Below, piece after piece: positions 1 to 8,811 of a stretch of DNA of 56,833 bases. How positions within the stretch are numbered: the stretch's first letter is position 1; every line of letters begins with the position of its first letter. The DNA comes from Chitinophagaceae bacterium (GTDB lineage: Bacteria > Bacteroidota > Bacteroidia > Chitinophagales > Chitinophagaceae), in assembly GCA_947474815.1 (NCBI GenBank), contig CANJJU010000001.1:1-56833 (forward strand). Reading direction: 5' to 3'. A model generated the notes under the pieces. That model had not been told where the DNA came from, made no database searches, and worked only from the letters and a program-made list of their open reading frames with translations. The position numbers and the translations under genes are program-made.

Positions 1-797
1 AAACCTAAATCGTGTAGGTATTGTTTTCTTGTGATTCCTTTTGAAGTATCTCCATATGGACTGACAGGCGAGTTAGGGTATAAAGAAAACCTAGTCATTT
101 CCTTGGTACCCTTCATTTGTTTTTTTAATTTCAAATCTCTTACTGTTTCATTTCCAGTAAAATTGATAGAGTTGATTTTTACTTTATTCCCTTTATCAAT
201 AGTGAAGGTTAATGTAGTTCCATTGGCAATACCCGATACAGCCGCCTCTGTTAAAATAATATCAACATTTCTATACCCTTTTTCATAGAAAAATTTACGT
301 ATTACTTCTACGGCACTTAATTTCATGTTTTCAGTAAGCACCCTGTCTTTCGATAATCCGATTTTAGTTTCTAAGTCGTCCTTTTCTCCCTTTTTAATTC
401 CAATGAAACTATAGTCGATGAGCCGTGGTCTTTCTTTTATTTCTATTTCCAAGAAAATTGAAGATTCTTCTAGCTTAACAATATAAATATCAACGCTCGA
501 CACAAGGCTTTGCTTCCATAATTTAGCAATGGCTTTACCAAACACATCTGAGCCGGGAAGTTGCACCTTGTCACCAATAGCCAACCCCGATATAGAAATA
601 ATTAAATTCGGATCAAATGCATTGGTTCCTTTTACCGTGATACCACCAATAGTGTAGTTTTTGGGATACTTGGAATTCAACAGCTCTTGTAAAGCAGGAT
701 TTACAGATACAGGAACTGTATCAATTTGAGCCAATAAATGCTGGCTTGTTAAGAGCAAAAAGGCAATAACTAAAAGTTTCGGGAAATTCCTACGCAT
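1..797 (-). CDS. bamA: Outer membrane protein assembly factor BamA, N-terminal part (runs off window start)
   Basis: Not in the ORF track. Read manually from ATG at 797: MRRNFPKLLVIAFLLLTSQHLLAQIDTVPVSVNPALQELLNSKYPKNYTIGGITVKGTNAFDPNLIISISGLAIGDKVQLPGSDVFGKAIAKLWKQ, i.e. signal peptide plus a POTRA-like domain. Lies directly downstream of uppS, as is usual in Bacteroidota. Confidence 0.88.
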   Translation of the reverse strand, partial: MRRNFPKLLVIAFLLLTSQHLLAQIDTVPVSVNPALQELLNSKYPKNYTIGGITVKGTNAFDPNLIISISGLAIGDKVQLPGSDVFGKAIAKLWKQSLVSSVDIYIVKLEESSIFLEIEIKERPRLIDYSFIGIKKGEKDDLETKIGLSKDRVLTENMKLSAVEVIRKFFYEKGYRNVDIILTEAAVSGIANGTTLTFTIDKGNKVKINSINFTGNETVRDLKLKKQMKGTKEMTRFSLYPNSPVSPYGDTSKGITRKQYLHDLG

Positions 798-946
798 CAA
801 TTGGTATTTTACGATGGGCAAATTAAGCCCATTAATGAAAACTATTTGTTAAATGAAGGCTTACATTGATTCATCTAAGAAAAAATAGCGGCCTGTTGAT
901 TAATTTATTTTGTTTGAATAATAGGCAATCACCTATTATTATGAGT

Positions 947-1690
947 TTATTTTTTTACTTGAGCTCCTGTCTTTCCAAATCTTCTCTCTCTTAGTTGATA
1001 ATCTACAATTGCTTCGTATAAATTCTCTTTTCTAAAGTCGGGCCAAAGTGTATTGGTAAAATACAATTCGGCGTAAGCAAGCTGATATAATAAAAAGTTA
1101 CTGATTCTATATTCTCCACTTGTACGTATCATCAATTCAGGATCAGGAAATGAGGCTGTTGTTAAATATTGTTGAAACGTGCTTTGTGTAATATTTTTAG
1201 ATTCTAACTTGCCTTCCTCTACCGCTGAGGCGATTAACTTTACTGCATTCACGATTTCCCATCTACTGCTGTAACTAAGTGCCATAACAAGATTGAGCCC
1301 TTCATTGTCCTTTGTTTCACTGATTGCCTCTGCTAATTCTTTCTTTGCGTTTACAGGCAATAGGCTTGTATCGCCAATCACATGAAGCCTAATGTTGTTT
1401 TTATTAAGCGTAGGAACTTCTTTTCTAATTGTGTCAACCAATAATTCCATTAAACCAGCAACCTCTTGTTCTGGTCTATCCCAATTTTCAGTACTGAAAG
1501 CATAAAGGGTTAAATATTGAATCCCTAATTCGGCCGCTCCTTCTACAATGTCTCTTACACTTTCTACTCCATGAAGATGACCAAAAAGGCGATCTTGCCC
1601 CTTTTCGGTTGCCCAACGCCCGTTGCCATCCATAATGATGGCAATATGCTTTGGAAGATTTTCCGCCTGAATTGTGTTTCTAGCACTCAT
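947..1690 (-). CDS. uppS: Isoprenyl transferase (undecaprenyl diphosphate synthase)
   Basis: PKHIAIIMDGNGRWA, LYAFSTENW and IRTSGEYRISNFLLYQLAYAE motifs. Confidence 0.97.
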   Translation of the reverse strand: MSARNTIQAENLPKHIAIIMDGNGRWATEKGQDRLFGHLHGVESVRDIVEGAAELGIQYLTLYAFSTENWDRPEQEVAGLMELLVDTIRKEVPTLNKNNIRLHVIGDTSLLPVNAKKELAEAISETKDNEGLNLVMALSYSSRWEIVNAVKLIASAVEEGKLESKNITQSTFQQYLTTASFPDPELMIRTSGEYRISNFLLYQLAYAELYFTNTLWPDFRKENLYEAIVDYQLRERRFGKTGAQVKK

Positions 1691-1723
1691 ACAATCACTC
1701 TAATTGACCATTCTATAGGGCAG

Positions 1724-1731
1724 CAAAAGTA
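1724..1731 (-). promoter_or_regulatory. Bacteroidota housekeeping sigma -7 element (TACTTTTG) for uppS
   Basis: Exact TAnnTTTG match 33 nt upstream of the uppS ATG. Confidence 0.7.
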
Positions 1732-1811
1732 ACCAATATTTAAGAGAATCCCTTCAAATAGCCTCAATCTTTAAAGGAAGGAAGTTTATTTATTTTATGG
1801 GCATTTAAAAT

Positions 1812-1841
1812 AAAAAAACCGATACAATCTGTAGCGGTTTT
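1812..1841 (-). terminator. Intrinsic terminator after the PorG-like gene
   Basis: Minus strand AAAACCGCTAC-AGATT-GTATCGGTTTT followed by a T run. Confidence 0.7.
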
Positions 1842-1865
1842 AAGTTATAACGAATTGATATGTAA

Positions 1866-2717
1866 TTAGTTGATAGTTGGGCAACGATAACTTCCAATAT
1901 TAAAAGAAACGCCAATTTCAGCTACAACAAACTGATCTTTTTGTTTGCTCCAACCTCTTTGTCTACCAGGTGTATTACTAAGCGGATTGTTGGGATCTAT
2001 TTCATAAGACCTATCCTGCATTAAATAGGCAAGAGAATATCCAGAAGGGACATCAGGAAAATAAGGATTTTTTGGAGCATAGGTTGTGCTTACATCATCC
2101 AAATAATCTGTTGTAGTAAAATGCTGAGTTACCTCAAAGGAAATGTTCATTTTTTGGTTAATGCTGTATTTAACTCCCACTCCAAAAGGAATGCTAAAGG
2201 CTGTTGTTCCATAGGGCTTTCTTCCAAGGTAGCCACCATTTTGACCTTCTGTACCAAGAGGACGAAGAAAAACTTTGGTGCCACGATAATAGGCATATGG
2301 ATCATAGCTAAACACTCCAACTCCTAAAGTAACGTATGGAGTAAAGTTATAAGCTGGATCTCCTGGAATATATTTAAAGAAGTTGAAATCGCCTTGCAAA
2401 GCGAATTCATATACATTAGAATTAAAACTAAGATTTCTGGTTTTCTGATACGCATTTTTGCTATAGGTATCACTGTACCCTAATTGAACAAATCTTCCGG
2501 CAGCTCTAATACCTATGTAATTACCGAATTGTTTCCTAAAAAACACTCCTACAGAGGGTTTGGGCTGATTTAAGCCAAGCTTAGTATTTAAATCGCCGAA
2601 ATAATGACCTGCCCCAACTGTTACTCCAAATTCTCCTTCATGAAAATACCCATTGGATTGAGCAAAAGAATTGCCGCAAAGTAATACTGCTAAAAAGACA
2701 ATAATAATTCGATTCAC
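1866..2717 (-). CDS. DUF6089 / PorG-like outer membrane beta-barrel protein (type IX secretion-associated family)
   Basis: Signal peptide; EFGVTVGAGHYFGDL, RNLSFNS, LRPLGTEGQ and TTTDYLDDVS motifs; position upstream of uppS-bamA. Confidence 0.8.
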   Translation of the reverse strand: MNRIIIVFLAVLLCGNSFAQSNGYFHEGEFGVTVGAGHYFGDLNTKLGLNQPKPSVGVFFRKQFGNYIGIRAAGRFVQLGYSDTYSKNAYQKTRNLSFNSNVYEFALQGDFNFFKYIPGDPAYNFTPYVTLGVGVFSYDPYAYYRGTKVFLRPLGTEGQNGGYLGRKPYGTTAFSIPFGVGVKYSINQKMNISFEVTQHFTTTDYLDDVSTTYAPKNPYFPDVPSGYSLAYLMQDRSYEIDPNNPLSNTPGRQRGWSKQKDQFVVAEIGVSFNIGSYRCPTIN

Positions 2718-2847
2718 TTTGATAAATTTTATTAGATTCTAGTTAATTGAGTGTAAATATATGCCAACCTACATTAATTGATAATACTAAAGTGAGAAAA
2801 TAGAAAATACATATATAATTAACAGAGGTTTAAGAAATTAAAAACAA

Positions 2848-3330
2848 TCATTTTGCTTTAACTACTCGAAGTCCTGCGCTCATCATATGCAAGAGAGGGT
2901 CATCCCTCATGATATTAGTTAAGCTAAAATGATAATCCCCCTTTTTATTGAATTTATAGTAACCAAAAGGTTTTCTTACTTCCCATATATCATTCATCCC
3001 GCTTCCTTCCCATCCATTGGCATCATCGCCTAGTGATAGATTAACTTTTTGGTAGTGTGTGGAATCCCCGGGCTCTTGGATACCCACTAGTAGCCAGATA
3101 TTGTTGTATTTATAGGCATCCGTATGGCGCAAGACAATGTATACATTATATACAGCAGTAGTATCTGATATGTTAAAAATCGCCTTTGCAGTATCTATGC
3201 TTCTCCATTCGTGTTTTATAAAAGGAGTATTTTTTTCAAATACATCCACTTGACCACAAGAAGAGCAGCAAATAGAATAAAGAAATACCAACACTATTAA
3301 ATAAACAGGATGTTTGAAAAGACCTTTCAT
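2848..3330 (-). CDS. gldH: Gliding motility lipoprotein GldH
   Basis: Lipobox Cys; VFEKN..W, LRHTDAYKYNNIWL, GWEGSG and IMRDDPL..GLRV motifs. Confidence 0.88.
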   Translation of the reverse strand: MKGLFKHPVYLIVLVFLYSICCSSCGQVDVFEKNTPFIKHEWRSIDTAKAIFNISDTTAVYNVYIVLRHTDAYKYNNIWLLVGIQEPGDSTHYQKVNLSLGDDANGWEGSGMNDIWEVRKPFGYYKFNKKGDYHFSLTNIMRDDPLLHMMSAGLRVVKAK

Positions 3331-3354
3331 TTTTTATACGAGAAATTTAAAAAC

Positions 3355-4230
3355 TTACAATACGTTTAATATTTGTTCTTTTGCTTTTTCAAGTTCATCT
3401 TTCATTTTTACTACGCATTTCTGGATATCGGCATCATATGCTTTGCTACCCGTAGTATTAATTTCCCTTCCTATCTCTTGAAGCAGAAAAGAAAGCTTTT
3501 TGCCTTTACTTACATCGGATCCATGAATGATGTCATTAAAATATTCACAGTGCTGGCGCAAACGAATTTGCTCTTCATGAATATCAATTTTTTCCATGTA
3601 ATAGATCAACTCTTGTTCCATTCTATTGTTATCTATATTTTCCTTTCCTACATGTTCATTTAAAAGCTTATTGATTTCCTCTTTAATTCTAACTTTTCTA
3701 TTGGGTTCTAAAACCAAAATAGCCTCTTCTTGAATTTTAATGTTATCGACCCTACTTAAAAGATCTTTTTGCAAAGAAGCACCTTCTTCTTCACGATGAT
3801 TATTGAGTTCATTTAAAGCATTGGTGAGCACTTTTTTGAAATCATTGAAATCTCCTTCATTTATAATTTCGTTACTCGGACTGACCACTTCAGGTAGTCG
3901 TAAAAGCGAACTCAATACAGCATTGGTATCAATTTGCAATTCGGCTGCCAAGTCTTTGATTTGACGATAGTAAGCCTTAATCAGGTCTGTGTTGATGATC
4001 ACTGGCCTTGAGGCGCCATTTTGTTTGATGCTTACATAACAATCCACCGTTCCTCTTACCAACTGCTCCTGTAACATATTTCGAATATCAAATTCGTATG
4101 GCTTAAGCAATGGAGGTAATTTGAGCTGCAATTCAAATTGTTTTCCGTTCAATGCTTTTACTTCAACTAGAAAAGTTTTTTCACCTATTGTTTGTTCTGA
4201 CCTTCCAAAACCAGTCATTGATTTGAGCAT
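3355..4230 (-). CDS. yicC: YicC/YloC family endoribonuclease
   Basis: Starts MLKSMTGFGR (ATG 4230 preferred over 4251); C-terminal GKKLSFLLQEIGREINTTGSKA...EQILNVL. Confidence 0.93.
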   Translation of the reverse strand: MLKSMTGFGRSEQTIGEKTFLVEVKALNGKQFELQLKLPPLLKPYEFDIRNMLQEQLVRGTVDCYVSIKQNGASRPVIINTDLIKAYYRQIKDLAAELQIDTNAVLSSLLRLPEVVSPSNEIINEGDFNDFKKVLTNALNELNNHREEEGASLQKDLLSRVDNIKIQEEAILVLEPNRKVRIKEEINKLLNEHVGKENIDNNRMEQELIYYMEKIDIHEEQIRLRQHCEYFNDIIHGSDVSKGKKLSFLLQEIGREINTTGSKAYDADIQKCVVKMKDELEKAKEQILNVL

Positions 4231-4366
4231 ATGCTTTTTATTTAACTGCAATGTAATTATTTATTACATTGAATGAGAATGATTGTATCGAATGCTTGTT
4301 ACTTATTTTTTTATTAAATGTATTAAAGTAATCAAGCGAGGAAAACCAGCAGTAGTTTGTTGCATT

Positions 4367-4397
4367 AAAAAAGCCCAACAATTTTGAGCTGGGCTTT
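4367..4397 (-). terminator. Intrinsic terminator (orphan; closes the sRNA candidate)
   Basis: 10-bp stem AAAGCCCAGC/GTTGGGCTTT with one G-U pair, 8-nt loop, ending in a T6 run. Confidence 0.8.
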
Positions 4398-4440
4398 AGT
4401 ATATAGGTGGGTTAGTAAGTACAGGGACCAAATCCCTTAT
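4367..4440 (-). ncRNA. Candidate small non-coding RNA (5' hairpin, single-stranded linker, intrinsic terminator)
   Basis: Minus strand ATAAGGGATTTGGTCCCTGTACTTACTAACCCACCTATATACTAAAGCCCAGCTCAAAATTGTTGGGCTTTTTT. Preceded by a -7-like TAATATTG at 4442-4449. No ORF ends at this terminator. Confidence 0.55.
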
Positions 4441-4489
4441 ACAATATTAAAAATTATTTTTACCAATAAGAAAAAAAAGAGCAACTATT

Positions 4490-4520
4490 TTATTAACATT
4501 TTTATTTTACTTGTGGATAA
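4490..4520. promoter_or_regulatory. Pair of DnaA-box-like sites in opposite orientation
   Basis: TGTGGATAA at 4512-4520 is a perfect reverse complement of TTATCCACA; TTATTAACA at 4490-4498 is a degenerate box. Confidence 0.45.
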
Positions 4521-4803
4521 GGGGATGCGCGCAATCAAAAAAATCTACGTCATCAAGCAGTAAATTTTTCAGAATACTTTTTGATATAAAAAATAAACTT
4601 CAATGAAAGTATTGAAAATATTGAGTTTCAACAGAAGTGAATTATAAAATATTATTCTGTGTTTACAATATTCACTCTTAAAAAATTAAAATAATTGAAA
4701 GAGATGACTCATAAAATATCCTATAATTATTTTTTATAAAAAAGGCGTTTTTTTCATTAAAAAGCGGTTTTTAAACGAAAACTCTCATAAAATGAAACGA
4801 TAG

Positions 4804-4811
4804 TATCTTTG
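4804..4811 (+). promoter_or_regulatory. -7 promoter element (TATCTTTG) for the lpxD-like gene
   Basis: Exact TAnnTTTG match 22 nt upstream of ATG 4834. Confidence 0.7.
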
Positions 4812-4833
4812 TGTAAACAGAAATACAATCATT

Positions 4834-5778
4834 ATGCAATTCCCTTCTCCTGTATCAACACAATGGATCGCATCTTTTATTGATGCAAAAATAATAGGCA
4901 ACAAAACAAACAATGCAACAGGCATCAACGAAATTCATAAAGTTGAAAAAGGAGACCTTGTGTTTGTTGATCATCCAAAATATTACGATGTCTGTATCAA
5001 TAGCGCTGCTACTTTTATAATTATTAATAAAGAAATGGAAGTGCCAGAAGGAAAAACATTGTTTGTAGTAGAAAATCCTTTTGAAGCCTATTGTAAAATT
5101 GTAAACCATTTCAGACCATTTGAAGCAGCAGATAAAATGATAAGCGATACAGTTGTAATCGGGAAGGATAGCTTCATTTACCCTAGTGCTTTTATTGGAC
5201 ACCATGTTTCAATTGGAAAAAATTGTATTATTTATCCAAATGTGAACATTTTAGACCATTGTACACTTGGAGACAACGTGATTATTCAAGCGGGTAGTGT
5301 GATTGGGAGCAACGCCTTTTATTATAATACAAAGAAAAATAGAGACGTATGGTATAAAAAAATGCCTGATTGTGGGAGAGTGATAATTGAAGACGATGTT
5401 GAAATTGGAGCAAACTGCACCATCGATCGAGGAGTGAGTCATGATACGATTATAGGCAAAGGAAGCAAACTTGACAATATGATTCATATTGGACATGATA
5501 CGGTCATTGGAAGAAATTGCTTGATTGCTGCTCAGGTTGGTATTGCGGGTGCAACTACATTAGAAGAGGGAGTAACATTATGGGGGCAGGTAGGCATCAA
5601 CAAAACACTTACCATTGGAGCAAATGCAGTGGTTTTTGCACAAAGTGGTGTTCCGGGAAATCTTGAGGGAAACAAAGTATATTTTGGCACCCCTGCGGTA
5701 GAAGCAAGAGAAAAACAAAGAGAATTGGTGTGGATTAAAAGAATCCCTGAATTATGGGAGAAGGTAATGGGAAAGTAA
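4834..5778 (+). CDS. lpxD: UDP-3-O-(3-hydroxymyristoyl)glucosamine N-acyltransferase (LpxD family; may be the second Bacteroidota paralog)
   Basis: Hexapeptide repeats; [20 protein letters not shown] and [11 protein letters not shown] motifs; N-terminal LpxD domain. Confidence 0.85.
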   Translation: MQFPSPVSTQWIASFIDAKIIGNKTNNATGINEIHKVEKGDLVFVDHPKYYDVCINSAATFIIINKEMEVPEGKTLFVVENPFEAYCKIVNHFRPFEAADKMISDTVVIGKDSFIYPSAFIGHHVSIGKNCIIYPNVNILDHCTLGDNVIIQAGSVIGSNAFYYNTKKNRDVWYKKMPDCGRVIIEDDVEIGANCTIDRGVSHDTIIGKGSKLDNMIHIGHDTVIGRNCLIAAQVGIAGATTLEEGVTLWGQVGINKTLTIGANAVVFAQSGVPGNLEGNKVYFGTPAVEAREKQRELVWIKRIPELWEKVMGK

Positions 5779-5780
5779 TA

Positions 5781-6794
5781 CTACACGATAATTTTTTCGG
5801 TAAGCATTGCACAAGTATACTCAATTGATTCTTTCAAAGGGATATACTCAAAGTCTTGCAAATGCTTTTTTAGTTTTGTATTGTCAAAATACACTTTAGC
5901 AAAAGCAGTTGCAGCAGTTTCTTTGGTAATCAAAGGCTCTCTTCCTGAAAATATATTTTTAAGTTTCTCTATTCTCCAAACAAAGCTCGCTAGCAAAGGC
6001 GTTACTTTATTAATAGGCCTTTTTTTCTTAAACGCATCTGCGATTAAATTGAAGACATTTTTATAGGTTGTGTTTTCAGCACTAATAATAAATCGCTCTG
6101 CTGTAATAGTTGATTCCATTAATAAGATCATTGCCCTACAAACATCTCGTACATCTACAAACCCTGTGGTGCCTTCTGTGTACCAATTAAACCCATCATA
6201 AATATTTTTGAAAATAGCAGTTGACCCTTCTTTCCAATTCCCCGGACCGAGAATGATTGTGGGATTTACAATAACAGCATTTAATCCTTCCGCTACCCCT
6301 CTCCACACTTCTAATTCACCGAGATACTTACTATGTCCGTATACACTGTTATTCGTTTCAACAGTCCATTGACTCTTTTCATTAATGGACTCGTGCTCTT
6401 TAAGTCGTCCAAGGGCAGCAACAGAACTTACATGAACCATTTTTTTAACTCCTGCTTCTACTGCTGCATTTACAACATTCGCTGTTGCTTCCACATTTAC
6501 TTTGTATAATACATTTTTACTTTTAGGCGAAAAACTCACCATCCCTGCACAATGATATACCACAGTCACATCCTCCATTATTTCTTCTAGCGCAACCACA
6601 TCTAGTAAATCACAATGAACAATTTGAAGGAGATTATGATTAGCTATTTTAATAGGTGTTTTATTGTATACAGCTTTTACTTTTACTCCCTTTGCAAGCA
6701 ATTGATTTACCAACTCTATTCCCAATAGCCCAGCAGCGCCTGTTACCAACGACACCTCCTTCTTTATTACATGCTCTGATTGTGCTGCATTCAT
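5781..6794 (-). CDS. NAD-dependent epimerase/dehydratase (dihydroflavonol reductase-like)
   Basis: LVTGAAGLLG Rossmann motif, HVSSVAALG, catalytic YGHSK. Confidence 0.9.
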   Translation of the reverse strand: MNAAQSEHVIKKEVSLVTGAAGLLGIELVNQLLAKGVKVKAVYNKTPIKIANHNLLQIVHCDLLDVVALEEIMEDVTVVYHCAGMVSFSPKSKNVLYKVNVEATANVVNAAVEAGVKKMVHVSSVAALGRLKEHESINEKSQWTVETNNSVYGHSKYLGELEVWRGVAEGLNAVIVNPTIILGPGNWKEGSTAIFKNIYDGFNWYTEGTTGFVDVRDVCRAMILLMESTITAERFIISAENTTYKNVFNLIADAFKKKRPINKVTPLLASFVWRIEKLKNIFSGREPLITKETAATAFAKVYFDNTKLKKHLQDFEYIPLKESIEYTCAMLTEKIIV

Positions 6795-6817
6795 ATTATT
6801 GTTTTAGAAACGAGTGA

Positions 6818-7666
6818 TTATTTTGAATAATCATAAAATCCTTTGCCAGATTTTCTGCCAAGATTATTTTCTTTTACTTTATTTATTTGTAGAAGTGAAG
6901 GTTGAAATCGGGGGGCTTTTTCAAAAGCAACATATAACGATTCGGATACAGCAAGGTTAATATCCATTCCTATTAAATCCATTAATTTAAATGGGCCCAT
7001 TTTAAAACCAGTTGCTTCCATTAACTCATCTACGGTTTCAATGGTGGCAATGTTGTTTTCAACAAGTTTCATTGCCTCAAGATAATAATGACGAGCAACC
7101 CTGTTTACAATAAAACCAGGAGCATCTATACAAAGAACCGGAATCTTTTTTAATTGATGGCACACTTGCATTAAATCAGCTATCACGCCATCGCTGGTTT
7201 GTTCCGCTTTAACTACCTCAACCAATTTCATTATTTGAGCAGGGTTAAAAAAATGCATTCCTGCCACCCTTTCTGGATGTGAGATTTGCTTTTGTAATGC
7301 AGAAATTGATAAGGAAGACGTGTTGCTTGCAAAAATTGTTTGATCAGAATTTATAGAAGCCAATTGATTAAAGAGAGTAATTTTTGCATCTGCCTTTTCT
7401 ATAATTGCTTCTATTATTAGGGAAGCTTTACATTCTGCAATAATGGAAGAAAATGAAATGTTTTTTAAAATAAACACCTTCTCTTCTAGAGAGATTTTGT
7501 TTTTATCAATAAGCGAATCTAGATTTTTATTGATAGAAATTGTTGCGTTGGTAAGAACCTGTTCATTTGTATCAAACAATATAACCTTGTAGCCATTTTG
7601 TGCGGAAGAAAGCGCGATACCGCTTCCCATTGTTCCCGCTCCGGCAACGCATATGTTTTCTACCAT
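6818..7666 (-). CDS. 3-hydroxyacyl-CoA (3-hydroxybutyryl-CoA) dehydrogenase
   Basis: GAGTMGSGIA, ASNTSSLSI, GMHFFNPA, PGFIVNR and MGPFKLMDLIG motifs. Confidence 0.93.
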   Translation of the reverse strand: MVENICVAGAGTMGSGIALSSAQNGYKVILFDTNEQVLTNATISINKNLDSLIDKNKISLEEKVFILKNISFSSIIAECKASLIIEAIIEKADAKITLFNQLASINSDQTIFASNTSSLSISALQKQISHPERVAGMHFFNPAQIMKLVEVVKAEQTSDGVIADLMQVCHQLKKIPVLCIDAPGFIVNRVARHYYLEAMKLVENNIATIETVDELMEATGFKMGPFKLMDLIGMDINLAVSESLYVAFEKAPRFQPSLLQINKVKENNLGRKSGKGFYDYSK

Positions 7667-7687
7667 AATAACATCTTTTAAGTAACC

Positions 7688-8719
7688 TTATACTGCGTTG
7701 GTAAATTGTTTTAAAAATCTAATATCATTTTCACTAAACAATCTAAGGTCTTTCACTTGATAAGTCAGCATGGTAATACGTTCTACTCCCATACCGAATG
7801 CAAAGCCCGTATACTTTTTACTGTCGATTCCACAATTATCTAATACTTGCGGATGCACCATGCCACAGCCTAAAATCTCAACCCATCCTGTTTTTTTACA
7901 AACATTGCAACCATCTCCATTGCAAATCAAACAACTAATGTCCATTTCAGCACTTGGCTCTGTAAAAGGAAAATAGGAAGGTCTGAATCTTACTTTCACA
8001 TCGTTGCCAAACATTTCCTGCACAAAAAAATACAAGGTTTGCTTTAAATCAGCAAAGGATACATTTTCAGCAATGTATAATCCTTCAACTTGATTGAAAA
8101 AACAATGCGCTCTTGCACTGATGGTTTCGTTTCTATATACTCTACCCGGACAAATAATACGCAAGGGTAAATTGCCTTTTTCCATTTCTCTAATTTGCAC
8201 ACTGCTTGTATGTGTACGCAAGAGCCAATCAGGGTTCTGGCTAATATAGAAAGTATCCTGCATGTCTCTAGCAGGATGATTTTCAGGAAGATTAAGGGCT
8301 GTAAAATTATGCCAATCATCTTCTATTTCTGGACCTTCTGCAATAGAAAATCCAAGTCTTTGAAAGATAGATACAATTTTATTGTGTACTATACTAATAG
8401 GATGACGTGATCCTAGGGGAAGTGATTCTCCTGGTAGTGTAACATCTATAGATGCACTAAATTTTTTATCGACAGCGCCAAGACCTTGTAACAATTCCTC
8501 ATAAAAGGATTCTGTAAAGATTTTAAATTCATTTAATAATTGTCCGGCTTCTTTCTTTTGATCTACTGGCACATTTTTCATTTCCCCCATAATCATCTTC
8601 AATAAGCCCTTAGTACCCAAGTATTTTATTCTAAAAGCCTCTACCGCTTCTTTGTTATTAAGCGTAAGAGCCAATATCTCTTTTTTGTGTTGTTCAATTT
8701 GTTTAACTAATTGGTCCAT
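7688..8719 (-). CDS. pheS: Phenylalanine--tRNA ligase alpha subunit
   Basis: HPARDMQDTFY, LLRTHTSSVQ, FRPSYFPFTEPS and GFAFGMGVERI motifs. Confidence 0.98.
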   Translation of the reverse strand: MDQLVKQIEQHKKEILALTLNNKEAVEAFRIKYLGTKGLLKMIMGEMKNVPVDQKKEAGQLLNEFKIFTESFYEELLQGLGAVDKKFSASIDVTLPGESLPLGSRHPISIVHNKIVSIFQRLGFSIAEGPEIEDDWHNFTALNLPENHPARDMQDTFYISQNPDWLLRTHTSSVQIREMEKGNLPLRIICPGRVYRNETISARAHCFFNQVEGLYIAENVSFADLKQTLYFFVQEMFGNDVKVRFRPSYFPFTEPSAEMDISCLICNGDGCNVCKKTGWVEILGCGMVHPQVLDNCGIDSKKYTGFAFGMGVERITMLTYQVKDLRLFSENDIRFLKQFTNAV

Positions 8720-8723
8720 ACAT

Positions 8724-8731
8724 CAAAGGTA
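8724..8731 (-). promoter_or_regulatory. -7 promoter element (TACCTTTG) 4 nt upstream of the pheS ATG
   Basis: Exact TAnnTTTG match. Confidence 0.65.
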
Positions 8732-8811
8732 ATACGCAAATACTAATTATATTACTTGAAGCTTGAGTAATTGAAAAAAAGAATAACTTTATTAAATAAA
8801 ACTATTCAACT

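Noticed and set aside
31-288. Plus-strand 85-aa ORF
   Set aside because: Antisense shadow of the minus-strand bamA frame.
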